Positions 51,661 through 63,651 of a DNA stretch of 64,000 bases are shown in pieces. Location: positions 1,091,550 through 1,155,549 of the forward strand of contig MU006094.1 in NCBI GenBank assembly GCA_010093705.1. The letters run 5' to 3'. This DNA comes from Patellaria atrata CBS 101060 (Eukaryota). Both the position numbers and the translations under genes were made by a program. Every line of letters begins with the position of its first letter. The first letter of the stretch is position 1. The notes beneath the pieces are model-generated. The model ran no database searches. It was given only the letters and a program-made list of their open reading frames with translations, and was not told the origin of the DNA.

Positions 51661-53247
51661 ATGAATCACTCCTTTAGAGGGGGCATGCAGGTTCATGCAG
51701 TACCTGAGAATGAACGCGCATATGATTCAACAGGAAAACAGCTACCATGGGCTATTGAATACGCTGAGTATGGTTTTCACTTATATTGTTAACTTGCTAC
51801 TGTCTCCTCAGCAATCTTCTACTTTAGCCCCACTCTGTGCGACTGCTGTTTGCTCCTCCGTTTTCTTTCACAGCAGTCTGTTCTTTCCTCCCTTCACCAA
51901 CTTCTTCTGTCACCATCGTCCTCAAAAATTACCAAAAATATGAACGGAAACACAAAGTTCGAAATTACAATCAGAGACTCGGATTTTCTAGCTATGGCTG
52001 ACATGCCTGGCTTTACTAGTGATCCAAATCCTCGTCGAGTCCCCCGCGAGACCGGTTCCTTCGGTAGACCTACGAGGAAACCGCGATCGATGTCACGAAG
52101 CAAGACGGGTACGCCAGCAAGAGGAAGTAAAGAAGATCTAGCAAAACTCGAGCACCAGAGGGTCATAGATGACATAATCACGGCTTCAAAAGCTGACCTT
52201 GCGAAGGAAAATGCGCGGAAACAGACGACAGCAATTGCACCAGCTCCGCTTGGTGAAAGTACGAATGCCGTAAACGCATTACTCCCTACACAGACAGCAC
52301 CTGTGGGAGAACCTGTTGAAGTTATACTATATGGATTCGGATCAGAAGCACAATGGGCCGCTATCGCATTCTACGAGCGTGTTTCTGGAGGGGTTATTCT
52401 CGAAGACTACGATCGCGAACCTCCGTCAGCACGATACGACATGTCATTGAGTCTAGGCCGACAAGCTGCACAACGATCTCTCTCCCAGGCTGCACTGCGT
52501 AAAAAGAATGCATACATGGGAGGTGACCACTGGATTAAAGTAACCTTCGACAGCGCCCTAGCAGCAGATCAAGCATGCTACTGCTCACCACATCGCATCG
52601 AACATTACCTTGTCACTGCCGAACGCTATCGTGGTAAAGGACCAGAACGAGATACAGTTGTCTTTGCCTCAATGGGTCAAGCGAATGGAGCAAGCTTGAC
52701 TGGATCACCGTCCCGGGTCTCATCTACCACACTTCAAGCTGGTACCTCACCCACATCATCCGCAACGGCTTCCTCGGCGACCGCCACGGTCACAGCAACC
52801 TCTTCAGCAACATACGCTGCGGCGACTCACCCTCAACAACGCCGACCATTCGGTCATTCCACCCTTCCCGACGACCACCCGCTCAATCAACTTTCTACTC
52901 CTGGCGCTCCCGCACTCTCCACCACCGGCAAGAAAGCTCGCCCAGATATGCATTCAGCATCGTTAGTTCAACCCCCACCACTCAAGGTTCGAGGTGCAAA
53001 GCGCGCCGTTCTCCTTCCCGCCGACCAAGCCCTTCTTCCCGTTGCACCTCGCTGGCAACAGACAATTAAGAATATCCCCCTTGTTGGATTGTTGTTTGGT
53101 GGTGGAAGTGAGTTCATTGAAGCTCAGGTACCAAGGACCGCCGATGGAGGATTGGACTGGGCAAAAGCGGGTTGGTATTGGACCTTCTGGGGATACGCCG
53201 ATCGTCTGCTCGGGACGGATTTCTGTGGATTGAAGGAAGATGAATAA
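51661..53247 (+). CDS. Nup53/Nup35-type RRM nucleoporin-like protein; exons 51661 (or 51685)-51767, 52020-53247
   Basis: EVILYGF..WAAIAFYE..G.ILEDY..GGDHWIKVTFDS matches the Nup53-type RRM; C-terminal amphipathic/aromatic segment. Intron GTATGG..GCTGAC..TAG is in frame. Confidence 0.65.
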
Positions 53248-56200
53248 GGTAATAAATCTATGGGAGTTAGAAACGATAGTAATTTTTCAGGAACACGACT
53301 GCCCTTAACCTAAGGACCATTAGATGACAGGTTGGGTATTCCGTTCGATCCTAATCACAACGATCTCGTGTTAAGGTACTTTCTCACTTGGCTTAGAAGC
53401 TTTCATTGGGAACAGATGTAAGGGAAGGTTCGGCGGATATATTGTCCACGTGACTAGAGCTCTTCCGGTTCTTTTTCACTGAACCCTTCAGGGTGTTCCA
53501 CAACTGTATCGATCTTTGTTAAAATGGACCTGCAGGACATGAGCATTGGGATGGCGTTGGTATACCCAGGATATCATGTCCAAGTAATTAAATACTTCTC
53601 TTTCCATCAAAATAAAAGATGTTTCTTCATACATGGTCTGTGCTCCTGTTCCTCGGTATAACATAACTATTCTCCTCCCATTCTCTTTTCAAACTTCAAC
53701 AAGAGGTACAGTAGCATTCGGGCAAGTGTGAACTGCATGTAAATTTCTCATTGATGCTTGGTCTGCTGTTGCCGGTCGGGATATGATGATTAATCAATTC
53801 TCTTCCTTTCTGGCCCGGAATTGGAAGGGAAGAAGTGATGCGGGTAGGACTAAGTGGTGATACTGATTTGCACTAGCACCAAAGGGAAGTTAGAGAATGT
53901 TGGTGAAGAAGTAAGTAGTGGTGAGAATCACCAAGCAAAAGAGATGTTCTATATCACCGTACTCACTCACTTCCTCGCTATCTTTCATATCACCATCTGC
54001 CCAGGAGATGTTCAACAAAATGGCTTTTGAACAGGGAAGCAGGGGATCCACCACAATACGTGGATGATGCCTCTCGTTCACACCTTGATCTAAGGGATAT
54101 CAGTCCCAGGAACGCTCTCCCCGATAATCGGCCCCGGAGCCTCAAGGAGAAGCTAAAACAGTAGGGACAATGCCTACTCATCCCCACAATGAATTAGCAG
54201 CCTTCGAATGTGCTTTGAGAGGTGAAGAGCTTGCACTGGTTTAAAAGAAGAGAAGAGGAAAGGAAGAAACAAAGGTTCATTTATATTCGATCGACCCACA
54301 CTATTCATGACCGATCCAGGAGCATGCTGATGTCCGTATGATGTCTCATGTCAAGAAGACGTTACGTACGCAGACTTACCATATCATATGGACGCTTGCA
54401 GTGTGAGAAGGAAAGTGATACTAGCAAAGAGCGGGGAGGCACAGAGGATTAGGGGTATATAAACTCCCTTCTCTAGGAATAGACGAAGTAGATCAGACAA
54501 TCTTTTACTCTCTTTGAAAGATATGTACCTTAATCATGAGGTATTCATCATTCATTGTGTCTGTCCGGGCCCGTCCGGTAGTTGTTCTACGTTTGACTGC
54601 TAGGCATCCGGCATTTGCCCTGCGTCTTCCACTTCATTGGATCGTTACTGGGTCTCTTAAGTTTACGAGGAGTTCTGGGTTGGAGGAATGGTGATGAGTG
54701 GCAATGTCAGTGGTATTCACTGGTCAGTATCCGGCCCTGAAATTTGCTGCGATTTTAATGGCAAGAGGGAATGATAACGAACCACAGTCCACACCGGTGA
54801 TGGATAACACCATTACAGTTCGCGATATTCCCTCGGGTACTAGTCCGAAGTCCAACTGAGCTCTTCCGAGCAGAATAACTTGCACATACACAGGGAATTG
54901 TTCTCCCCGCAAGAAACAACCACAGGCACACAATGGTCGATATACTCCGTCATGTACTTTCTCCTTCCCTCGGACAGCTGGCCGTTAAGATATCAAGGAG
55001 AGACAGAAATGAGCGAGGCTTTAAGCTAGAGAAGCTTACCCCCTACCATATATCTGACGGAAAAGGTGAGTAGTCGATCATACGTCGTATCATACAGATG
55101 CCAGCTCATCTCGTAGGCCTCATGGAATTATTCCACCAAACATTTCTAGCAGTACTTTACTTTAAATCATCATCTTGCTCTCGATATCTTCGCTTTTTGC
55201 TTTTTGCTTCATACCTCGGAAACCGAGACTCAATATAGATGGACCCATAATGGACATTTTCCGAGGAAACACAAGCACCGCAATCGACGGTACTCACTTC
55301 TTCCGACCTGGCATTTTCCTTTATGAAGTCGACTATGCTAAATGTTGTGGGAGCTGCTCACGCAACTCAAGATTCTTTCTCCCAGCTCTTTCATGGGCCC
55401 AAGGGGGCTATGGAGAATAATGACGAGACTGACGAATTATCTACTTGATCTTCGGCCTTGGGCAGTTATCATGCTGCTATTGTTATGAATAGCAACATTC
55501 TTGGATACCAGTGTTAGACGTGAAGGGTGCTGAATAATCGAGATAATCGCTTGATTTCTATCTATCTACTGAAGGAACGTCAATATATACCGAAGAGCTA
55601 CAGAGAACACGTATCCAAATCTCAATATAGCTAATAGTCGTTGAGATATCTGTTGAGATAGTGGAGTCGTTTGAGGACGAAACAAATATCGAAAACAGGT
55701 AACTTTTGAAGATAGACTTTTGGTGCTCCATACTACTCCGTGGCTGACAGCTGACAGATAGCTGACAGATCCACCAAAGGGCCCATACTTCAACATCATC
55801 ATCTATTAAAGACAAGTACCATCATCATCAACTAAAACCGGCATCTTCAAAGACAAAAGAACAAACACAATGACGCCCTTTACTCGATTACGGTAAAAGT
55901 CGAGGGCATACCTCTGTTCCGTTGGCCACAGGACCGCAATACCCCATCTCTCGAAGCAGAACACCGCAATACCCGTTTATTTCTCTATCGTAGCCCCAAC
56001 CGAAATGATTCGCCTTTTCTTGTCAACTCTGCGGTTTACCCCAAATCATCGAGGGTCCCGCTAATTCCGCTCGTATTCAGTTGATAGATAGTTCCATGTG
56101 GATTGAACTGATTTAAAATCAGTCGGAGGCAGTGTAGAAGAAGTTTTAAATACCCCAAAAACCAAATCAAACTCATCACGTCATCCAGAGCGCCGGCAAT

Positions 56201-56877
56201 GCTCCTCAAATTCTACTGATAGACAGCTCCAAGCAGATTGAACTGATTTTAATTCAGTCGAAGGTAGTGTAGAAGAGGTTTAAATAGACAAATACTGTTA
56301 ACCGGCATGATCTTCTGGCCATCTGCTACGTCACGACATAAGACAAAGGAGCGTCAGTCACGTTCGTCTGAGGTATCACAGTGGAGTATTGCGGACCAAA
56401 CTAACTAAAATCCCCCGGTGGTAGCATATAACCCCCTCTCCCTCACTCTGCCATCTTTCCAAGGACATCTTCACTCAACTCTCTCGGCGGGAAAGAGCGG
56501 GAATAGGAATACCCGAGAGGGTACCCGACCAGATAACCGCTTCAGTGTGCTTGAATTTGAGGTGGTAGCAGCGCAAGCAAGCGCCATTGGTGTCCGTCAT
56601 CCAAAAATTCAATCGACATTGGGCGGCGTGGGAAGCGGGGTTCGTGGAAACAAACCCGTAGAGTGAGAGAGTGAGGGAGTTGGAAAGGGGGATGGTTGGA
56701 TGGGGGTGGTGATGATGACGACAATGATGAGAAGCACGAGTTTTGGAAAGAAACGTGTATCATCGTCCCCAGTGAACCCTAGAAACATAAGGGGAGGAGC
56801 CATTTACGTTGTGGAAGGAGAGAAGGAGGGAATAAACTGGTTTTTGTACACCTTGTCTTCACGACTGAAACGTGTAA

Positions 56878-56902
56878 GTGTGTGTGTGTGTGTGTGTGTG
56901 TG
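56878..56902. repeat. (GT)n microsatellite
   Basis: About 12 consecutive GT units. Confidence 0.95.
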
Positions 56903-57433
56903 ATGCTCTCCCCGACAATGGACAATTTGTCCACAATCGTAGTGGAATGACATATTCCAAAGGGAAAATAGAACGTTATTGATGAGCGTTGTTTTGAGAG
57001 AAGGGAGGGAGTCTAAGGAGGTTTGAATACTCGCAGAAGGTTCACTCGCTAGCATTAGCTTTGAGCTCACGTGGGTTTGTACAGTATGGCGCATGTGTTG
57101 CATGCTGAACACCCAAAGGCCTTTAACAAACTCCTATTCACATGGTCGAATCAGAATATTAAGTTCCCGGTAGCTGATCATGGAAACCGCAAAGATAGAG
57201 AATAGGTGCTGCATTGGTTCTAGCAATCAATTTAGTAGACTGAGACTCTAGCTAGAGTGAATTACTCCCCTCTACCACGCTGGACATCGCCCAAGGGAAG
57301 AAAAGATTCATTAGCTGCGGTCTCGGAAAGCCCACGTCATCCCAACGCCGACCCGCAATGAGATTACAAGAGAGATGCAGAAATGATCGTATGGTGAGAT
57401 GAATTTCGTGATGTGTGTGAAGTTTACCAATTC

Positions 57434-58632
57434 TCAACGGGCGAGGTTGGGTGGGGGCTCGGTTCGTGGACCTTGAGCGGTAACATAGGCCTTGGTCATA
57501 CCGCCGTCAACGGCGAAGTCCATCCCGTTGCAGAAGCTTGCTTCATCTGATGCTAGGAAGAGGACGCCCTGAGCACACTCAATAGCTTCGCCGAAGCGTC
57601 CCGATGGGAAGTGGATTTCGCGGCGGTGACGCTTGGCTGCATCGTCTCCAAGCCAGTTTTGAAGAAGAGGGGTGCTAAAAGTTGTCAAAGGAATTTTACT
57701 CCAATATATAAGGGAGATATACTTACTTCAATGGCGCAGGACAGAGAGCATTGAATCTGAAACCCTCCTTTGCGTGAACGATTGCAAGTTCTCGGGTCAT
57801 AGCAAGGACTGCACCCTTGCTTGCGGTGTACGCCAGCTGAGGCGTTGCGCTACCAACCAAAGCGACAACACTAGCAGTATTGATTATGCTGCCATTGTTC
57901 TTGCCATGCTTGCGAAGACTCATCACTGCATGCTTGCTACCATACCATACACCCTTGACGTTGATATTGTGAGTCAAGTCCCAGATTTTCTCAGAGGTAT
58001 CAATTGCATCAGCATCATCTGCGTGCATGATACCGGCATTATTGAACATGACATCAACACCACCCCAAGCATCAACATAATCAACAGCTGCTTTGACATC
58101 AGCCTCTTTTGAGACATCAACTTTAAGCGTCTCCAGCTTCAGGTGATGTGGTGCTAACTCTTTAGCTTTTGCCAATCCCTTCTCAAGTGCAGCTTCGGAG
58201 ATGTCGGTCATGAGCACATTTGCACCTTCGCGGGCGAATAGAACGGTAGTTTCCAGGCCGATACCTCTGAGTCATCGTCAACAAATGAGTTCAGAAACGC
58301 GATGAGAAACGGCAACGAAAGATGCAGAGTCAAATGAAAGTGGAGTACAGTATTTGCTTAAAAGAATAGCATAACGCATGCTGTAGCTGGAAGTATGTTT
58401 TGTTGAAAAGTAGCAGATAAGGTAGAAGTTCCGAAAAGGGTATCTGAAATAAGATAATGCATATGAAATCTCTATGGGTGAGACGCACCACTTGCCCAAT
58501 GTCTTTCCGGAAAAAGCCATGAAATAATGGAGATTATAGTAATTGAAATAATAAGACATATACCCACCCAGCGGCTCCTGTAATGATAGCATTCTTTTCC
58601 GCTAAGCGTCCTCTGCGCATATCGCTGCCCAT
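57434..58632 (-). CDS. Classical short-chain dehydrogenase/reductase; exons 58632-58568, 58266-57727, 57674-57434
   Basis: ITGAAGGIG, FNNAG, IINTAS, catalytic YTASK, NALCP and VDGG motifs. Confidence 0.93.
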
Positions 58633-59620
58633 GTTGAATGATACCGCAAGCTCGATTGACGGAAGTTTTTGTTTCCTCTAGCGGAATATTGTGATCAGCA
58701 ATTGACGTGAATGAGCCTTCGTTTTGTTAAGTGTTACGATATCCAATATCAGAAGGGTGAGTCGTCGATGGTTGCCGTATTGGGCATCAAGCATAAAGAA
58801 AGGCCCAACGGAGTCGGTAGGGAAATATTGACTTACAGGATATTGTCTTTGACCGAAGAAGGAGATTGGAAGACTAGATTGATATGTTTCAAGAAAGACT
58901 CCGAGACTTATTAGAACGTTGAATGTTGATGTACAAAGAAAAGTTGATAAAGTAGTGTGTGAGTCTCGGGGTTGTAAGGAATGTCTACTCCGAAAACGGC
59001 CGGTTCCTATTAGATAAGAGCTAAGTGGGTTTCGAGAAGCCGGCAGCCAACCAATTCAGTTATAAGTCATAAGAATTCGAGATTAAGGTCATGTATGATG
59101 AATCAGCCAGTTCTAGATGATGTTTTGACATTGTGACTCCTGTTGACTGGGTAATACTTTGCATCTTGTGATGTTGCCACTCTGTTCAAAGGATGCGCAT
59201 GCATTCACCGGCGGCTAAGGTAGAACTACGAGTAGACGGACGGAACAGATCATCTTCCGTAGAACTACGCTAAGCCTAACCGCCTATTGTCGGGATTTGT
59301 TACGGAATACGGTTTGAGTGGAGTCTGAGAGATGGATAGAGAGCGGAAAGATTGTCTTTGTCGGAAAGCCTTCCACCAGACTCCGTAGTTCTACCTATGT
59401 ACCGTGCCGTACCGTACAAGTAGTTAGGTTATGATTAACCATGTCGATGAGAAAAGGACATGCGTCCCATAAGCCTACCTTAGGGAATGCAAAAAGAGGT
59501 ACAGAACAGTCCTGTACAGTCCTGTACAGTCCTGTAAGATTGGCTCAGGGGGATAAGAAGAGTTAAGAGATGGAATGGGTTCGTTCGAAGAAGACGATAA
59601 GTAACAATAATAGGAGAAAT

Positions 59621-59700
59621 AAGGTAAGGAAAGGTAAGGAAAGGTAAGGAAAGGTAAGGTAAGGTAAGGTAAGGTAAGGTAAGGTAAGGTAAGGTAAGGT
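59621..59700. repeat. (AAGGT/AAGGA)n pentanucleotide microsatellite in the SDR/GS-like intergenic region
   Basis: 16 consecutive 5-bp units. Confidence 0.95.
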
Positions 59701-60089
59701 AGGCGAAGATTAAAGCATGCGAAAGGACGGAGTAAGGTAAGGTTATACTTGTATGAAGCTCTAAAGGTATGAACGCCGAGTGATCCGCGATAGGTTAGTG
59801 GGGTATAAGCTTCCCCCAGCAAGCACCAGCCACAGCATCATCCCGTAGCCCTGGGTCATACCTTCCTTATCTCATCTCTGTACCTACCTCCCGTACTATT
59901 GTACCTACCGAATCTCCCACCTCAACAGTATCCAAGACAACTTAGAACTCGTTATTTGTATAGTACTCATAATAGTTCCAGATACCTAGAACCCCAAAAC
60001 ACTCCACCTCCAGATATCTTAAACCGTCCCCAGTCCATTACCCCTACACTCCGTACAGACTCCCCTTCTCTCTCATCCCCGCTCCAGCT

Positions 60090-61800
60090 ATGACGGAGCT
60101 AAATCCCCGTGAAATCACCGTTGCGAACCTTCCGGAGCTCCTCAAGGATGACACAGGAGTAAAAGTCGCTGGTGTAGATGTCGATGGAATCCTGCGCGGC
60201 AAGTTAATGGCTAAAAAGAAGTTCCTTCAGATCGCGCAGGAAGGTTTTGGTTTCTGTTCGGTAATCTTCGGCTGGGACATGCATGATCGAACATATATTA
60301 AAGAGCTCAAGATCAGTAACAAAGAGAACGGATATAGGGACGTTATAGCTATTCCAGATCTCACTAGTTTCAGGAGGATACCGTGGGAGAAAAACGTCCC
60401 CTTATTTCTTGTTAGCTTCTACGACCCAGATACGATGAATTCGTTGAGTACATGTCCGCGATCTCTACTGAAAAGAATAACGGACAAACTGGCCGCGAGT
60501 GGATATGGGGCCATGGCTGGAGGTGAGCTATGGAGCTATGAAGCTATGGAGCTCTGAACAGCTTCTCCCACCTCTCTAATGTGGAGGCTAACAATGTCCC
60601 TTGCAGCGGAATATGAATTCTACACCTTCAGAGCACCGTCCAAGCCCGGAACGAACGAACGAAATTCTGCAGCTACTGCCACCTTCCTACGCCAGAATCC
60701 TGTGAACGAGCTTCCATCATTGACAGAAGGCATGTTTGGCTATAGCCTATTGGATCCAGTACATAACCAGGACTTCTACTATGGTGTATTTGACACCTGT
60801 TCACAATTCAGATGTGGCATTGAAGGCTGGCATACGGAGAGTGGTCCCGGTGTGTTTGAAGCCGTAAGTCTATAGTCAAAGGCACAATTACAACGTCACA
60901 GCTAAGTTTCTACCCCAGGCCCTAGAATACGGAGAGATCATGGAAATGGCGGATAAAGCCTGCTTATTCAAGTAAGTAATCTTTACCTGGGCATTGCCCC
61001 TCACACACCGACTAACATCCCCACAGACTCGTCACCAAGTCCATAGCGAGCAAATATGGCATAACACCCTGTTTCATGGCCAAGCCGCGTGAAGGACTCC
61101 CCGGTAACTCCGGCCATATGCACGTCTCTCTCGTCTCCAAAGACGGCAAAAACCTCTTTGCACGTGACTCGCCCGATCCAGACGCAAGATGGTCAGACAT
61201 AGCTGGGCTCTCGGATCTAGGACGACACTTTTTAGCCGGCCTTTTAGACGGTTTACCAGACGTCATGCCAATCGTTGCACCAACTGTCAATTCGTATAAA
61301 CGGCTCGTTGAGAACTTTTGGGCGCCAGTTACCGTATCCTGGGGTCTCGAGCATCGCGCAGCATCGATACGAGTAATCGCTCCTCCAACCGCATCTCCTA
61401 AGGCTACGAGATTCGAAGTCAGGGTTCCCGGCGCAGATACCAACGCTCACTTCGTTCTCTCCGCTATCCTAGCACTCGGATGGCGAGGCGTTGAGAAGAA
61501 GCTGGAGATAAGCGTACCCCCGCTCGGTAAGGGTGAGGATGTGGGAGGTGCATCTGATAAGGGTGTTAGACTTGCGAAGAGCTTGAAGGAAGCGACGGCA
61601 AGGTTTATGGCTGAAGGGAGTGTTGCGAGAGAGGTGTTTGGAGATGAGTTCGTGGAACATTTTGGTGGAACGAGAGAGCATGAGGTTAGACTTTGGGATG
61701 AGGCGGTTACGGATTGGTATGTTGATGTCTATTGCTTCTATATTTCTGTTCAACTAATGTAATCTCCAGGGAGGTCCGACGATACATCGAGATGGTATGA
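60090..61800 (+). CDS. Prokaryote-type (GSI-like) glutamine synthetase-family gamma-glutamyl ligase; exons 60090-60522, 60607-60863, 60919-60971, 61027-61716, 61770-61800
   Basis: DVDGILRGK, EYEFY, HTESGPGVFE, FMAKP..GNSGHMHVS, NSYKRL, WGLEHRAASIR and RFEVRVPGAD motifs; ends VTDWEVRRYIEMV. Not the eukaryotic GSII. Confidence 0.92.
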
Positions 61801-62583
61801 TCAGACACCGGGCATTATTCGGAGCTCTTCGTCGCTTCTGGGATACTTGCAGCTCGGTTAGATTTTGTTGTTGAGCATAGATATCCCCTTCAGCGTGGTA
61901 CTTTTGTTAGATTGTACGAGTACGCTCACTCTTCTGCCAAGTTTGACCTAACGGTAGGGCTAAGTGAGACGTCATCCGCAGTCGAAGTCGCCAGTATACA
62001 AGTAAGGAGCTGTTATTTTGACACCCCTTTCTTTATAAAAAGTCCCTAAAAACTTCAAAAACAAAAAACTTCCAAAAACTTCCAAAAACTTCCAAAAACT
62101 TCAAAAAAAAAAAGTATCAAAAAGCAACAAAGTTCACACCCCGCTCCTATCCCATTGGACGAGCGGCCTGGTACTTCTGCTTGAGGGCATTATCCCCCCC
62201 TCTCAGGTTCGACCTCTGAACCAGTTGGTTTTGGCCTGATCGGTGTGGTGGGGGTTTTCCCATCACTAGGACCACGGGTCTCTGGGATATGGAAAGAAGT
62301 CACGGTTTGTTTGTTGATAAGCTGTAGGGAGGGTAGGGAGGGTGTCGAAAGAAAAGCTCCCTAAGCCCAGGTATAAGCTAAGTATCCGTACAGCACGCGT
62401 ACAGTACCTGTACGGGATATCATTATGGAAAGAGCCAACTCTAAGCTGGTAACATCAATCGCCAAGTTTCATCGGACTTTCAATGATGCATTTCATGCAA
62501 TTGACGCAATCAGTTCTGCCCCGCACCACCCCACTACAAAGTCCGTCGTCAACACCCAAGGCTCTTCTCACCACCTCACCTCC

Positions 62584-63651
62584 ATGCAGCGCTATATCCT
62601 CAACCTACGACTTCTAACACCTTCAATTTCCACACGCCTCTACCATCCATCCAAAGCCCATCGTCCACAGTTTCAATCGCCCCCCAAACCCAGATTCCAC
62701 ACCACAATCACCACAATGTCCCAATCTAAAGCCTGTACGCCTCTCAACCCCCCCACCTCCCCTCCCATCCTCTCCTCCCATCCCCTCCAGAACTAACCCA
62801 CACAGGCTGCACCGTTCCCCCCGCCACCGCAACAAACTACACCCCCAAAGGCACCTACACGACCCTCCCCCCCTCCTCCCACTCCCTGAAAACCTACGTC
62901 ACCGGCCCCGAAGACGCCCCCACGGCCCTCCTCATAATTTACGACATCTTCGGCTTCTACCCTCAAACGCTCCAAGGCGCCGACATCCTCGCGTCCGCCG
63001 ACCCCTCCCACCCCCGCCGCGTCTTCATGCCCGACTGGTTCGAGGGCGCGCCCTGTCCGCTGGAATGGTATCCCCCCGACACGGCCGACAAGAAAGAGAA
63101 AGTGGGGAAATGGTTCAAGGAGAAAGCCGGGTTTGAGACCCATCTCCCGCGCATCGCGGAGGTGGTGAAAGAGCTCAAGCGGAGTACCGGGATCAAGGAT
63201 TGGGGGCTCGTGGGGTACTGCTGGGGCGGGAAGGTCGCGGGGCTGTTGAGTGGGGCGGAGAGCGAGTTCAAGGCGACCGCGGTGTGTCATCCCGCTTTCG
63301 TGGACCCGGCGGATGGGGAGAAGATCGCGCGCCCGTTTTTGATGGTCCCGAGTGGGGATGAGGACGAGGGGGATGTGGGGAAGTGGGAGGAGAAGGTCAA
63401 GGGCGTGAAGAAGGTGGTATGGTTTAAGGGGCAGGTCCATGGATTTATGGCTGCGAGGTCGGTTGGGTTTCTACTTCCTTCTTACACCTTTCCTTTTTCG
63501 TTAATTGTTATTCCCTGTTTTTGATGCTTGGGTGATGAGGGATAAATGCTGACGTTTGTGTTGCAGAGGCGATCTTGAGGACGAGAATGTCCGGAAAGCG
63601 TATGAGGAGGGTTACGGGCTCGTGCTTGATCACTTCAAGGAGCACTTGTAA
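62584..63651 (+). CDS. Dienelactone hydrolase-family alpha/beta hydrolase; exons 62584 (or 62716)-62734, 62806-63457, 63567-63651
   Basis: MSQSKACCTVPP..YTPKG..YDIFG..MPDWF..GYCWGG (Cys nucleophile)..HP..QVHGFMAARGD. Confidence 0.9.

Noticed and set aside
51790..51876. Possible extra acceptors or micro-exon inside the Nup53-like intron
   Set aside because: Use of these sites gives a stop or frameshift, and the simple intron already preserves frame.
53300..57300. Scattered ORFs between the Nup53-like gene and the SDR
   Set aside because: No coherent gene model or homology recognised.
60090..61800. Calling the GS-like gene fluG or glnA
   Set aside because: It lacks FluG's N-terminal amidohydrolase region and is not the GSII-type enzyme, so no symbol was given.
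62175..62225. Minus-strand GAACCTGA..GGATAATGCC resembling the 3' half of a TPP riboswitch; plus-strand GGTTCGA resembling a tRNA T-loop/B-box or SRP RNA
   Set aside because: No upstream CTGAGA junction, no cloverleaf and no SRP helix-8 motif; kept only as an unassigned structure.
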